A stretch of 64,000 nucleotides of DNA from Candidatus Dojkabacteria bacterium (lineage in GTDB: Bacteria; Patescibacteriota; Dojkabacteria; B142; WJKM01), in the NCBI GenBank assembly GCA_014729085.1, contig WJKM01000008.1, positions 163 to 64,162 of the forward strand, written 5' to 3'. Below, one piece after another: positions 9,210 to 19,780 of this stretch (the first letter of the stretch is position 1; each line of letters begins with the position of its first letter). The notes under the pieces are model-generated. The model ran no database searches, was not told where the DNA came from, and saw only the letters and a program-made list of their open reading frames with translations. Made by a program: the position numbers and the translations under genes.

Positions 9210-10514
9210 TTATTCCAGTTTTTTACCGAGTAATTTTCTAAACTTAAGCATGGCTGTATAAGTAGGCAATACAAAAATTGTGTCATTATTATTTGCATTA
9301 TTAAAGGATTTTTCTATACATTTGTTAATATCTTCATCTAGAAAATATTCGGAATATTCATTTAGAGCATATTTAAGCCTTACCTGTAAATCCTTTGCTC
9401 GTGTACCGCCTAAAATCATCCACGTTATATCAGATTTATTTAATAACTCAAATCTAGCATCCCATATCCAAGAAATATCTTTCCCATCAGCTGTGTTGTC
9501 ATTTAAAAGTAAAATCAGTTTTAAATTCTTAACACTTCGAATCAAATCAAGATTAAGACTATAACCCGCAGGGTTCTTGACAAGAAGCATTCTAAAATTT
9601 ACTGTTTTTTCTTTATCCTTTTTAGTAATTAGTTCCCCTCGTCCGAATGCCGGATTAAATTTATTTATTCCTTTCTTTATAATATTATTTTTAATGTCAA
9701 GCAGTTTTGAAACAGTGATTGCAATAAGAACATTATAAACATGAAAATATCCGTATGCATTTAAAGTTTGAGTGTCAAATTTTATTTGTTTGTTATTGAT
9801 TTTGCCTAAAACTTCAAATTCTGAAGTAAGATTAGGTGTAACTTTTAGATTTTTTGCTTTTATATAATTTGGTACTTTGGATTTTTGTTTTGTTCTTTCT
9901 CCCTCGTACGGTAGTTCTTTAGAGAATTGATCTGGTAACGAAACATAATATGTATCATTAGGTAGTTTTTTTGTTAACTGTGAAGTTCGGGGATCGTCAT
10001 AATTTAAAATTATTTTTGCATTCGGACATTGTTCGATACCCTTTCTAATATATTTTTGTGTAATGTCTACTTCTCCATAGGCATCTAATTGATCTCTATA
10101 TAGATTTGTAACGGCAATAATCTTAGGATTTAGAACTTTGGCTATTTTTGGTAAAGTACCCTCCTCTATTTCAAAAACAGCATGTGTGCAATCAATTTTT
10201 CCAGTCAAACTGCATTGTTTTAAGATCTCTGAAAGTATTCCTCTACTTAGATTTGCACCTGCAGAATTTATAATGATATTTATGTCCGCTTCCTTGAAAA
10301 TTGAATTTAAAAGGGTTTGCGTTGTTGTTTTTCCATTTGTCCCAGTAATAATAATAATGTTTGGAATTTGACTTACTAGTTTTTGTAAAGTCCTGGGAAA
10401 ATATTTTTCTATAATTCTACCAGGTAAAGCTGTTCCGGAGCCTTCACCGGTGACTTTAAGAAACCAAGTAAGTATTTTCGAAAAGATTATTATAGGTATT
10501 AGTGTTAAGTACAT
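9210..10514 (-). CDS. murT: Lipid II isoglutaminyl synthase, Mur-ligase subunit
   Basis: GTALPG, TGTNGKTTT, NLYRDQLD.YGE, LVKNPAG, DGKDISWIWD, PTYTAML. Confidence 0.9.
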   Translation of the reverse strand: MYLTLIPIIIFSKILTWFLKVTGEGSGTALPGRIIEKYFPRTLQKLVSQIPNIIIITGTNGKTTTQTLLNSIFKEADINIIINSAGANLSRGILSEILKQCSLTGKIDCTHAVFEIEEGTLPKIAKVLNPKIIAVTNLYRDQLDAYGEVDITQKYIRKGIEQCPNAKIILNYDDPRTSQLTKKLPNDTYYVSLPDQFSKELPYEGERTKQKSKVPNYIKAKNLKVTPNLTSEFEVLGKINNKQIKFDTQTLNAYGYFHVYNVLIAITVSKLLDIKNNIIKKGINKFNPAFGRGELITKKDKEKTVNFRMLLVKNPAGYSLNLDLIRSVKNLKLILLLNDNTADGKDISWIWDARFELLNKSDITWMILGGTRAKDLQVRLKYALNEYSEYFLDEDINKCIEKSFNNANNNDTIFVLPTYTAMLKFRKLLGKKLE

Positions 10515-10616
10515 CTAATTTATTAATTTACAATAAATAATATTATACTTGTTTATTGTAACAGATAGTATGAAAATTCTTACGAAATTTATTAAGATTT
10601 AGGTTGTTTGAAAGTA

Positions 10617-11699
10617 TTATTCGTTTATGGTTGTAAAATTGATAGTAGGTGTAATGCTATCGGGAACCTCTTTACAGTATAAAGTTTCGGCAACTTCGAA
10701 TCCAGGCCTATAATTTAAATAATTCCTCCATTCTGCTGCTTCTCTTACAAATTCACAACGATTTTCGGGATTGCATAAATCATTTGTAATTAAATTTGAA
10801 GGTCCCAAAGCTCTCATATCTTCTTCGGTCAAGTAGCATAGTGTATGAAAATCAATTAATCCGTTTTCTGCAGTTATAAGTTCTTCATTTAAAACAACAG
10901 TTGCTAAGCCTAGTAATTCTTGCAATTGTGCATCTGAAAAAGTTTCGGAGTTTATTAGTACTTCTGTTTGGTCTGGTAACAAATTTTCAATATAGGATTG
11001 AAGTGCATCTGAATTTTCAGTTCCAAGATTTGCTAATGTTGTAAGATAAATTGCAAATAATTTGGCATCTTCTGGATCTTCTAGTGTAAAGGGCCTTAGA
11101 TAACTCTGAAGTTCAGTTTCAAATACTCCTGCGTTCTCTGTTGCTTCCATATATGTTCCGTAGGTTTCTTTAGCGAACGTAGCCGTAATTTCATTGTTTT
11201 CTGTTTCTTCCCAAACCCCTACGTGGTCAAAAATTATTCCTAACGGATCGGAATTAACATCCTCTTCTCCATAGCCAAATGGGGTATAAGTTGCATAACT
11301 TCCTTCTGGATCTAGATATCCGTCCCAATAGACATTATCTGGGAGTTGAGCATCTTCTCTGCCAAGTGCACATTTTGCGAATTCTGCAGTAAGGTCATAA
11401 CTTGGAACTCCAGTGTTTTCTCTATCAGCTATAGTTGTAATTATGTTTAAATATGATGCATCAACATAAGGATTAGAGCAAGGTTCACCTAAATTGGACA
11501 TAAATTCCTCTATTGGGTTAGGTGTTGGAGCCGTTTCTATTTCTACTGGTTCGGGCGATATAGGTGCAGAAGTCGATCTAGAGTCTTGAGTTTCTAATGC
11601 TTCTGAGGTCATAATCCCCTCACCAGCGCAAGCCAATCCTAGGCTAGATAAAAGAATTACCCATAATATTTTATTATCTAATAATTTTTCTTGTTCCAT
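10617..11699 (-). CDS. Acidic putative lipoprotein of unknown function (MEQE leader)
   Basis: MEQEKLL.., hydrophobic stretch, LGLA-C lipobox-like site; highly acidic body. Confidence 0.7.
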   Translation of the reverse strand: MEQEKLLDNKILWVILLSSLGLACAGEGIMTSEALETQDSRSTSAPISPEPVEIETAPTPNPIEEFMSNLGEPCSNPYVDASYLNIITTIADRENTGVPSYDLTAEFAKCALGREDAQLPDNVYWDGYLDPEGSYATYTPFGYGEEDVNSDPLGIIFDHVGVWEETENNEITATFAKETYGTYMEATENAGVFETELQSYLRPFTLEDPEDAKLFAIYLTTLANLGTENSDALQSYIENLLPDQTEVLINSETFSDAQLQELLGLATVVLNEELITAENGLIDFHTLCYLTEEDMRALGPSNLITNDLCNPENRCEFVREAAEWRNYLNYRPGFEVAETLYCKEVPDSITPTINFTTINE

Positions 11700-11723
11700 A
11701 GTGTTTATGCTAAATATATCCTT

Positions 11724-11753
11724 ATTATATCTTGGTGGTTTTTATACTTTCAA
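11724..11753 (-). promoter_or_regulatory. Sigma70-type promoter for 10617..11699
   Basis: TTGAAA-18 nt-TATAAT on the minus strand, about 25 nt before the ATG. Confidence 0.55.
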
Positions 11754-11755
11754 TT

Positions 11756-11775
11756 TGTTTGCATATTTGTAAACA
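11756..11775. promoter_or_regulatory. Candidate operator palindrome
   Basis: TGTTTGCA-TATT-TGTAAACA directly upstream of the -35 box; similar site at 15167. Confidence 0.4.
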
Positions 11776-11792
11776 TAGTTTTAATAAGAAAT

Positions 11793-11820
11793 AAAAAAGG
11801 GAGCCATTGGCTCCCTTTTA
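11793..11820 (-). terminator. Intrinsic terminator of 11838..12656
   Basis: aaaagggagcc-att-ggctccctttt hairpin with flanking A/T tracts. Confidence 0.85.
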
Positions 11821-11837
11821 AGTGTGAATCTCCTATA

Positions 11838-12656
11838 TTATTTCGTTTTATTTGTTAATGATTTGGTTAAGAAATTACTTAAAGTTTTCATATAGGAGTC
11901 TACCGGATAGTCTTCAGAATCTAATGGGTTTGTTCTTTCTTCTAATTCATCACCATCTTTAAATCCATCTCCGTCGGTATCCGCTAACGTTGGATCAGTA
12001 ATGTATCTGGCCCATGGTACAATATGCCCCCCTGTATGTCCTTCTTCACCATGATTAACCCAAGTTCCTTGTACCATTTTTCTAACCCATTCTACCTCTT
12101 CATTATCATCAATTCTGTCATTATCGCTATCTTTATCTTCTGGATCAGTACCTATTGCAACTTCATATCCATCAGGTAACCCATCTTCGTCAACATCTGG
12201 GTTGTATTCATCGGGATCTTCAGTTCCGATCAGTCCGTCTCTGTCATAATCTTCAGAGCTGGCATTTGGGTTGTTTGGATTAGTTCCTGCACGTAATTCA
12301 TCACCATCACTTACTCCATCCCCGTCACTATCCCATTTCAACGGATCAGTAATATATCTGGCATCTTCAACAAATCTACCGTCTACTGGTGTTCCGTTTA
12401 GTATCTTTTTATCCCAAAGTAATTCATCCCCATCAGTAATTCCATCTCCATCAGTATCAGGGTTTTCAGGATCAGTACCTATTGCAACTTCATATCCATC
12501 ACAAAGTCTGTCGCCATCTGAGTCCCAGTTGTTTGGATCTGGGTCTACCTCATTTAGTAAACCATCTAGATCATGATCAGTCGGCTGATAGGTTGGATCG
12601 TTGGTTGGAATATTTTCTAGTCTCCATTGCCACTGTGGTATTGGTAAATCCTCCAT
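11838..12656 (-). CDS. Bacterial thrombospondin type 3-like Ca-binding repeat protein without signal peptide
   Basis: Many D[TS]DGDGxxDGxE and TDP/TNP repeats; internal duplication. Confidence 0.85.
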   Translation of the reverse strand: MEDLPIPQWQWRLENIPTNDPTYQPTDHDLDGLLNEVDPDPNNWDSDGDRLCDGYEVAIGTDPENPDTDGDGITDGDELLWDKKILNGTPVDGRFVEDARYITDPLKWDSDGDGVSDGDELRAGTNPNNPNASSEDYDRDGLIGTEDPDEYNPDVDEDGLPDGYEVAIGTDPEDKDSDNDRIDDNEEVEWVRKMVQGTWVNHGEEGHTGGHIVPWARYITDPTLADTDGDGFKDGDELEERTNPLDSEDYPVDSYMKTLSNFLTKSLTNKTK

Positions 12657-12802
12657 TGTAATTAAAATTAAAAATTAAACTATGCTTTAATCCTAAATAT
12701 AGATATAATTGTTAGTAAATTAATTAAACTTAATATTATAGGATTATTAGATATATATCTATTCTATAGGTTTTTTTTAAGATCTTAAAATAGTTTGCAA
12801 AA

Positions 12803-13627
12803 ATGCACATAGACGCAATTAAAAATTTTCTTGAAAAGCTTGGACTTTCACAAGATGAAATTAAGATTTATCTAACATTGCTTATAAAAGGAAATTTATC
12901 AGTTTCTTCCATATCTCAAGAAAATAAAATTGAAAGAACAAAAGTTTATAGAATACTGGATAAGTTAATAAGTAAGGGATTTATCAATAAAATAGCCACT
13001 GAACTTGGAGATCTATTTCAGCCGGCTGGTTTTGAGGCTATTAAGTTAGCCGTATTAGCTAGAGAAAAAGAATTAGAGAGTCTTAAAGCGGAATTTTCAA
13101 ATTTTAAAAAGGATATAGAATTAGCTCAGAAAGCAGAAAAGACAATAGGTACAGATGTTAAATTTTATATGGGGAAGAGGGGAATAAAACAGATGGTTTG
13201 GAATGTAACTAAAGCAAATACTGAAATAAAAAAAATATTAAATAAAACGGCAATTAAATTTCTTGGTAAGAACTTCTGGAATGAGTTTCGAAATGCAAAT
13301 AGAATAAACGGACAATCTGCTCGAGCTCTTTACTCCAAGGAATACCTGGATAGTCTAGGTGAATTAAAAGCTGAATATACAGACGAAATGGTTGCACATT
13401 CAATACACCAAACTTACAAGTTTCTTCCCAAAGAAGTATTTGAAATTCGAAATTATGTTTTTCTATACAATGATAAGGTTGCAATCTTTAATTGGAGTCA
13501 AAACGAAATTTATGGAATAGAGATAAAGAGTAGAGATGTTTCTACCATGCTGAATCAAGTTTATGAGATGCTTTGGAATATTGCAGGCGAGGAACATACA
13601 ATCGATAAGATTTTAAAACAAGTATAG
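12803..13627 (+). CDS. TrmB family transcriptional regulator (paralog 1)
   Basis: LGLSQDEIKIYLTLL...RTKVYRILDKLISKGF HTH; C-terminal YNDKVAIF...EI.S....M...YEMLW. Confidence 0.85.
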   Translation: MHIDAIKNFLEKLGLSQDEIKIYLTLLIKGNLSVSSISQENKIERTKVYRILDKLISKGFINKIATELGDLFQPAGFEAIKLAVLAREKELESLKAEFSNFKKDIELAQKAEKTIGTDVKFYMGKRGIKQMVWNVTKANTEIKKILNKTAIKFLGKNFWNEFRNANRINGQSARALYSKEYLDSLGELKAEYTDEMVAHSIHQTYKFLPKEVFEIRNYVFLYNDKVAIFNWSQNEIYGIEIKSRDVSTMLNQVYEMLWNIAGEEHTIDKILKQV

Positions 13628-13661
13628 ATTATTTAATCATTATAAATTTAACAATATAAAT

Positions 13662-14489
13662 ATGCACCTAGATAAAGTAAGAAGTTTTCTAGAAAAGTTA
13701 GATTTAACTCATGAGGAAATAAAAATTTATTTAGCTTTGATTAAGCATGGGAATCTTTCCGCATCAGATTTGTCCAAGGAAACTAAGGTAGAAAGAACCA
13801 AAGTTTATCGTTTGTTGGATGATTTAATCGGGAGGGGTTTTGTTAATAAAATTGGGACTGAATCAGGTGATGTATTTCAAGCAGAAGGCGAAGAGTCCGT
13901 TAAATTAATTCTTTTAGAAAAAGAAAGAGAGTTAGAAAATTTAAAAAATTCTTTAGATGCAGTACAAGAAAATTACAAACTTCTTAAATCGGGAAGAGAA
14001 ATCAAAACAGATGTTAGATTCTTTATGGGTAAACGTGGTGTAAAACAAATGGTTTGGAATGTTACGAAAGCTAAATCAGAAGTTCGTAAAATGTTAAATA
14101 AAACTGCTTTAAAATATTTTGGACGAAAGTTTTGGAAGGAATATAAAAAGTCGGTAAAAAAGGGAGGACAACAGCATAAAGCATTATATTCAGAAGATTA
14201 TATCGAAAGTTTAAAAGGATTTAAGATCCAAAGTATTAAGCAGCAGGTTGTATCTCCTGAATATCAAACTTATAAATATATTTCAAAAGAATATCTGGAA
14301 ATTAACGATTATATATTAGTTTATGATAATAAAGTTGCTATTTTTAATTGGAGTGATGTTCATATTTATGGGATTGAGATATTAAGCGAAGGATTTGCTG
14401 CAATGCAGAAGCAGATGTTTGATATCTTATGGAATATGGGAAAAGAAGAACATAAGTTGGATAAAGTTCTAGCTAAAATTGAAGATTAA
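13662..14489 (+). CDS. TrmB family transcriptional regulator (paralog 2)
   Basis: Same architecture; shares GKRGVKQMVWNV with paralogs. Confidence 0.85.
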   Translation: MHLDKVRSFLEKLDLTHEEIKIYLALIKHGNLSASDLSKETKVERTKVYRLLDDLIGRGFVNKIGTESGDVFQAEGEESVKLILLEKERELENLKNSLDAVQENYKLLKSGREIKTDVRFFMGKRGVKQMVWNVTKAKSEVRKMLNKTALKYFGRKFWKEYKKSVKKGGQQHKALYSEDYIESLKGFKIQSIKQQVVSPEYQTYKYISKEYLEINDYILVYDNKVAIFNWSDVHIYGIEILSEGFAAMQKQMFDILWNMGKEEHKLDKVLAKIED

Positions 14490-14543
14490 TAAAAACGAGA
14501 GCTTCAAAAGCTACTTTTTTTATCTATTTTTTCTCAAATATTA

Positions 14544-15083
14544 TTAAAAGCTGTTTGGATCAAGAGGATTTGTTTCATTATTTTTTTCTTCCTTGTCAGA
14601 TTTTCCGTCTCCGTCTGTATCATAGAGAGTTGGATCAGTATATACGTTAAAAATAGGACTTTGATATCTAACTTCGTCTCCATCAGTAATTCCATCTCCA
14701 TCTGTATCTGGATTTGAAGGATCGGTTGGTGAGAAATGTTTCCATATTCTTTCTCCAGCAGAATCGCGCCAACCTAGGTCTATAATACCGAAGTATTCGT
14801 CTTGATTATGTAAACCATCAGCGTCAGGGTCGTCTAGTAAGCCATAGTCAAGATTCCCAAAGTATTTAAGTTCCCATGAATCTTTAAGTCCATCGCCATC
14901 ACTATCAACATTGGCTCTGAAGTTTTCCACTGTGGCAGTCAAATCGGGGGTTGGTAATGGAGTTTCTGTTGGATCTTCAGTAGCTAGGGGAGTTTCAGTA
15001 GTAGCTCCAGTTGTACATCCTGCTATTAATAGTAATGATGCAAGTAAAGCGCTCCCCCATACTAATTTATTTTCCTGTTCCAT
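14544..15083 (-). CDS. Putative lipoprotein with TSP3-like Ca-binding repeats (MEQE leader)
   Basis: LLIAG-C lipobox, Thr/Pro linker, DSDGDG/DTDGDG repeats. Confidence 0.8.
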   Translation of the reverse strand: MEQENKLVWGSALLASLLLIAGCTTGATTETPLATEDPTETPLPTPDLTATVENFRANVDSDGDGLKDSWELKYFGNLDYGLLDDPDADGLHNQDEYFGIIDLGWRDSAGERIWKHFSPTDPSNPDTDGDGITDGDEVRYQSPIFNVYTDPTLYDTDGDGKSDKEEKNNETNPLDPNSF

Positions 15084-15166
15084 AGTAAAAAATATTAAAA
15101 AATTAAATTATTATAAGTCTTATTGGTATATAAACATTCTATAAAGAAAGTTTGTTTTAATAAAAC

Positions 15167-15186
15167 TGTTCACATTATTGTGTACA
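15167..15186. promoter_or_regulatory. Candidate operator palindrome between the lipoprotein gene and TrmB paralog 3
   Basis: TGTTCACA-TTAT-TGTGTACA. Confidence 0.4.
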
Positions 15187-15288
15187 CATGAATTTGCTGG
15201 GCTTGGGTAGTAGATTTGAGGAATTATTTCTTTATAAATTAATCTAGGGTATAATTTGTGATATATAAATATAGTTACACAATGGGAT

Positions 15289-16122
15289 ATGCATATAAAC
15301 ATTATTACTAGATTTCTAGAAAATTTAGATTTATCTAAGGAAGAAATCGAGGTATATGTTACCTTGCTTGATAATCCAGATATTTCTATTTCAGATTTAT
15401 CCCATGAACTAAGTATTAATAGATCAAAAGTATATAGAACACTGGATAGCCTTATTAATAAAGGATATGTGAATAAAGTATCATCGGAAAGTAAGGATTT
15501 ATTTAAAGCCAGAGGTTTTGAGTGTATAAAGCAGGCAGTATATGAAAAAGAAAAAGAGGTCGAAGCAATGAAAGAAGAATTAAACAAGATTGAACAGAAT
15601 TTTCAGTTGTTCGGATCAGGGGCAGATTTAAATATAGATGTAAAATTTTACCAGGGAAAACGGGGTATAAAACAGATGTATTGGAATGTCGCTAAATCCA
15701 AAACTGAAGTAAAAAAAATTTTGAATAAATCAGCTATTGGTTTTTTAGGAAGGCAGTATTGGGAAGATATGGTAAAGGAGCAAAAGTTAAATCAAACACA
15801 AATAAGGGTATTGTATTCCGAGAGTTTTTATAATTCAATAAAAAAAATAGATAAACAAAATTTCCGAAATTACTTTGCTCCTCCTAGCTTACAGACATAT
15901 AAATTTCTTCCAGAAGAAGTATTCAAGATAGAGAATTACTTCATATTATATGAAAATAGGACTACCGTGTTTAATTGGCATGAGAGAAGCATTTATGGGA
16001 TAGAAATTTTAAATCCGGAAGTTGCATCAATGTTATCGCAGATGTTCGACATCTTATGGAATATGGGAGGTAAGGAACATACAATTGAAGATTTGGAAAA
16101 AAGAATACTTCAAGAAAATTAG
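15289..16122 (+). CDS. TrmB family transcriptional regulator (paralog 3)
   Basis: RSKVYRTLDSLINKGY HTH; GKRGIKQMYWNV; MFDILW. Confidence 0.85.
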   Translation: MHINIITRFLENLDLSKEEIEVYVTLLDNPDISISDLSHELSINRSKVYRTLDSLINKGYVNKVSSESKDLFKARGFECIKQAVYEKEKEVEAMKEELNKIEQNFQLFGSGADLNIDVKFYQGKRGIKQMYWNVAKSKTEVKKILNKSAIGFLGRQYWEDMVKEQKLNQTQIRVLYSESFYNSIKKIDKQNFRNYFAPPSLQTYKFLPEEVFKIENYFILYENRTTVFNWHERSIYGIEILNPEVASMLSQMFDILWNMGGKEHTIEDLEKRILQEN

Positions 16123-16123
16123 A

Positions 16124-19100
16124 TTAGATTTGATACTTTTTAATTATCTCCATTAGTTTAGCACTTGGCTTAATTTTTTTAACAATAGCATTTCTATTAG
16201 TGACACTACCGTATATAATTTTCAACGGAGTTTTTCCTTTATTCTGTATGATTAGTTTCTTGAGTTCCTCAATATTATTTTGGTCTTTTTCGTTGATGAT
16301 ATTGATGGTTATTGTCTTTGGATTCTTAATTTTATTTGCTTTATTTGCATCTTTTACAATCAAACTCAGTGATCCTTTCCGTTCATTTACGCGAACTGAA
16401 AGTATAAGAGGGGTAAATTCAGGTAAGTTATCTATCAATCTTTCGTAGGTTTTGGGAAACACTACCCCGTCTACATGTTCTAAAAGTCCTTCGATTCTTA
16501 CAAAAGCCATAGCTTTGGATCCTTTTTTAGTAAAAATAATTTTTTTGTCTGTAATCATTGCAAGTACTTTAGTGTCTCTTTCCTTGGAGGATTTCATTAC
16601 TGTTTCTATGGTTTCAATACTAGGGTTAAGAGCTTTGTTAAGATGTTTTTCCAAGGGATGATGAGATAAAAATGTTCCAAGAAGTTCTTGTTCCCATAGA
16701 ATTTTCTCCCTGTCTGTTTCAAGTTCAATTCCTTTTGGAAAGGGTGTAGCTTTAACTTCAGGTTCTTCGCCACCATTCATTAATGTAAATATTCCGGTTT
16801 GTCCACCTAATGCTCTTCGTTCATCATTTTGGATTTTTTCAAATACATCTGGAATAACTGCTAATAATTGTTTTCTTGCTCCAAATTGGTCCATAGCGCC
16901 TACTTTGGTTAAATATTCCAAATCTTTTTTTGTGATTTTTGAGGTCCCTACTCTTTTAATAAGATCATCTAAGTGTTTATACTTACCGTTTTTCTTTCTT
17001 TCATCTACTATGTTTTGCATGATTTTTTCACTTGTATTTTTTATAGCTCCCAATCCAAATCTTATAGATTTATTTTTTTCAATTTTAAAGTCAACATAAC
17101 TTTCGTTTATATCTGGGGATAATATGGGAATGCCCATTTCTTTAGCTTCGTTTAAATCCCTTGAGATTTTATCTGAGTTTCCTAAATCCGTCTGCATAAT
17201 TCCTGCCATAAATTCGAGTGGATAATGGGCTTTTAGATATGCTGTTTGATATGAAATTAACGAATAAGATGCTGCATGAGAACGGTTAAAACCATAATCA
17301 GCAAATGGTTCTAAATACGCAAATACTTCTTTGGCTAGTTTTTTTGAGTGTCCGTTTTTCTGTGCTCCTTGTATAAATCTTTTCTTTTCTTTTTTCATTA
17401 TTTCTGGTTTTTTCTTTCCCATAGCACGTCTTAACATATCTGCTTGCCCAAGGCTATATCCAGCAAATTTTACTGCTATTTCCATTACCTGTTCTTGGTA
17501 GATTGCGAATCCATAGGTGGATTGTAAAATCGGTTCTAAGTCTTCATGTAAATAGGTTACTTCTTGTTCTCCTTGTTTTCTTTTAATATAGTCAGGAATA
17601 TATTCCATAGGTCCTGGCCTATAAGCTGATGTCATGAAGAAAAGATCCTCCATTTCTGTTGGTTTTAAATCTCGGAGATATTTTTTCATACCGCTTGATT
17701 CGAACTGGAAAATCCCTGTTGTATCTCCCCTCTGGAATAATTCAAAAGTACTTTTATCATCTAAAGGGATGGAATCAATATCTATTTTTTTATTTTGAGT
17801 ATATTCTATTTGTTTCAGAACATTTTTTATAATTGTAAGGTTGGCAAGACCTAAGAAGTCAAACTTCATTAATCCCATATATTCTGCTACCCAACCTTCG
17901 ATTTGAGTAATAATTCTATCGCCTCCCTTAGTTTCTCTTTGTACAGGAACATAGTCTGTAACGGGATTGGGAGTTACTAGATAACCGCATGCGTGAGTGG
18001 AGACATGTCGAGCTACATTTTCAAGTTTTCTTACATACCCAGCTAACTCTTGTAGTTCTGGGGATGCTTCGATCATTTTCTTGAATTCAGGGACTTCTTC
18101 CATCATTTTGTCTATTGAATAAACCCGGCCAAATTTTACAATCACCATCTTGGAAAGTTTATCTGCAATATCTAGCTCTATACCCATTACTCTTGCTACA
18201 TCTCTTATAGCAGCCTTAGTCTTTAATCTACCAAAAGTCCCTATAAAAGAAGTATTTTCTTTTCCATAAGTTTTAGACATATATTCAAAGAGATCATCTC
18301 GTCTATCATCTTGGAAATCTATATCAAAATCGGGAGGTGAATTCCTTTCAGGATTTAAAAATCTTTCGAAGATAAGATTCCATTTTAGTGGGTCTATATT
18401 TACTATTCCTAAGACATAAGCAACCAGACTTCCGGCACCAGATCCTCTTCCGGGACCAATCAAAATATTCTGGTTACGAGCCCATTTGCAGTAGTCCTGA
18501 ACAATTAGGAAATAATCGTCATATCCTTTTTGGTCAATAATTTCAAGTTCATAGTCTAATCTCTGTTTAATTTCTTCAGATAAATCACCATATTTTTCTT
18601 TAGCTTTTTGATATGTCATTTCTTTTAGATATTGTTTTGCTGTTTTGTTTTTTGGGAGAGCATAATATTCGGGTTGAATACGATCAAATGTTATGTCATA
18701 TTTTTCGACCATCTCAGCTATTTTATTGGTGTTTCTAACAGCATCAGGAATATCTGAAAATAAATCATACATTTCCTTGGGGGATTTTACATAGAATTCT
18801 TTAGAGTCGTATTGTCTTCTCTCAGGATCGGTAAGTAGATTTCCATCGGAAATACACCATGCAATTTCTTGTATTTTCCAATCCTCTTTATCCAGATAAT
18901 GAGAATCAACTGTAGCAACGTAAGGGAGATTAAATTTATTTATTAATTCAAATTGTTTTTTCTCCAATCCTTCTAGCTCTTTAATATTGATCCTCATAAG
19001 TTCAAAATAGAAATCATCAAATTCATTTCCTAAGAAATTTACCCAGTTTTCAGCTTCTTCCTCATTACCATTCAACAGAGCTTGATTAATTGGACTACCT

Positions 19101-19519
19101 GGGCACCCAGTTAGGCAGATAATTCCTTTAGAGTACATTGCCAGAAGTTCTCTGTCTACTCTGGGACGATAGTAAAAACCTTCCTTGTGGCCTCGTGAAA
19201 CAAGCTTTACAAGATTGTGGTAACCTTCTTTGTTTTTAGCGAGCAAAGTAAGGTGGTTGTATTTTGTTCCATCCTCATCACGTTTTTTTTCAAACCTAGA
19301 ATTTGGAGCTATATACATCTCACATCCGATAATTGGTTTAATATCCAGTTCTTTTGACATATTCCAAAACTCAAATGCACCATATAAAACTCCATGATCT
19401 GTAATAGCACACGAATCCATTTTTAAGTCTTTAACCTTTTTTAATAAAGGTTTGATTTTACTGACTCCGTCTAAAAGAGAATATTCAGTATGTAAATGTA
19501 GATGACAAAATTTTTTCAT
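16124..19519 (-). CDS. dnaE: DNA polymerase III alpha subunit
   Basis: HLHLHTEYSLLDG PHP domain, GRGSGAGS, PDFDIDF, KFDFLGL, YGFNRSH. Confidence 0.97.
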   Translation of the reverse strand: MKKFCHLHLHTEYSLLDGVSKIKPLLKKVKDLKMDSCAITDHGVLYGAFEFWNMSKELDIKPIIGCEMYIAPNSRFEKKRDEDGTKYNHLTLLAKNKEGYHNLVKLVSRGHKEGFYYRPRVDRELLAMYSKGIICLTGCPGSPINQALLNGNEEEAENWVNFLGNEFDDFYFELMRINIKELEGLEKKQFELINKFNLPYVATVDSHYLDKEDWKIQEIAWCISDGNLLTDPERRQYDSKEFYVKSPKEMYDLFSDIPDAVRNTNKIAEMVEKYDITFDRIQPEYYALPKNKTAKQYLKEMTYQKAKEKYGDLSEEIKQRLDYELEIIDQKGYDDYFLIVQDYCKWARNQNILIGPGRGSGAGSLVAYVLGIVNIDPLKWNLIFERFLNPERNSPPDFDIDFQDDRRDDLFEYMSKTYGKENTSFIGTFGRLKTKAAIRDVARVMGIELDIADKLSKMVIVKFGRVYSIDKMMEEVPEFKKMIEASPELQELAGYVRKLENVARHVSTHACGYLVTPNPVTDYVPVQRETKGGDRIITQIEGWVAEYMGLMKFDFLGLANLTIIKNVLKQIEYTQNKKIDIDSIPLDDKSTFELFQRGDTTGIFQFESSGMKKYLRDLKPTEMEDLFFMTSAYRPGPMEYIPDYIKRKQGEQEVTYLHEDLEPILQSTYGFAIYQEQVMEIAVKFAGYSLGQADMLRRAMGKKKPEIMKKEKKRFIQGAQKNGHSKKLAKEVFAYLEPFADYGFNRSHAASYSLISYQTAYLKAHYPLEFMAGIMQTDLGNSDKISRDLNEAKEMGIPILSPDINESYVDFKIEKNKSIRFGLGAIKNTSEKIMQNIVDERKKNGKYKHLDDLIKRVGTSKITKKDLEYLTKVGAMDQFGARKQLLAVIPDVFEKIQNDERRALGGQTGIFTLMNGGEEPEVKATPFPKGIELETDREKILWEQELLGTFLSHHPLEKHLNKALNPSIETIETVMKSSKERDTKVLAMITDKKIIFTKKGSKAMAFVRIEGLLEHVDGVVFPKTYERLIDNLPEFTPLILSVRVNERKGSLSLIVKDANKANKIKNPKTITINIINEKDQNNIEELKKLIIQNKGKTPLKIIYGSVTNRNAIVKKIKPSAKLMEIIKKYQI

Positions 19520-19780
19520 TTATTATTATTTTTTGTTGAAAAATACGGAAAAGCTTCACTCTAGGCTATTTTGAGATATTGAATATCAGTGTTCAAGTTT
19601 TCTCCAAGGAAAATATCATTAATTTATACCAGAAAATTACAAGAAAGTTTAGTTATGAATAATTATTGAAAATTCATTCAGAACTTATACTAGTTCTATA
19701 TTTAATTGTACAAATCTATTTTTTGTATGAAAATTTTTTGTGATTTCTTCGGTATTTTGGTACTAAAATTTATTTCTCTA

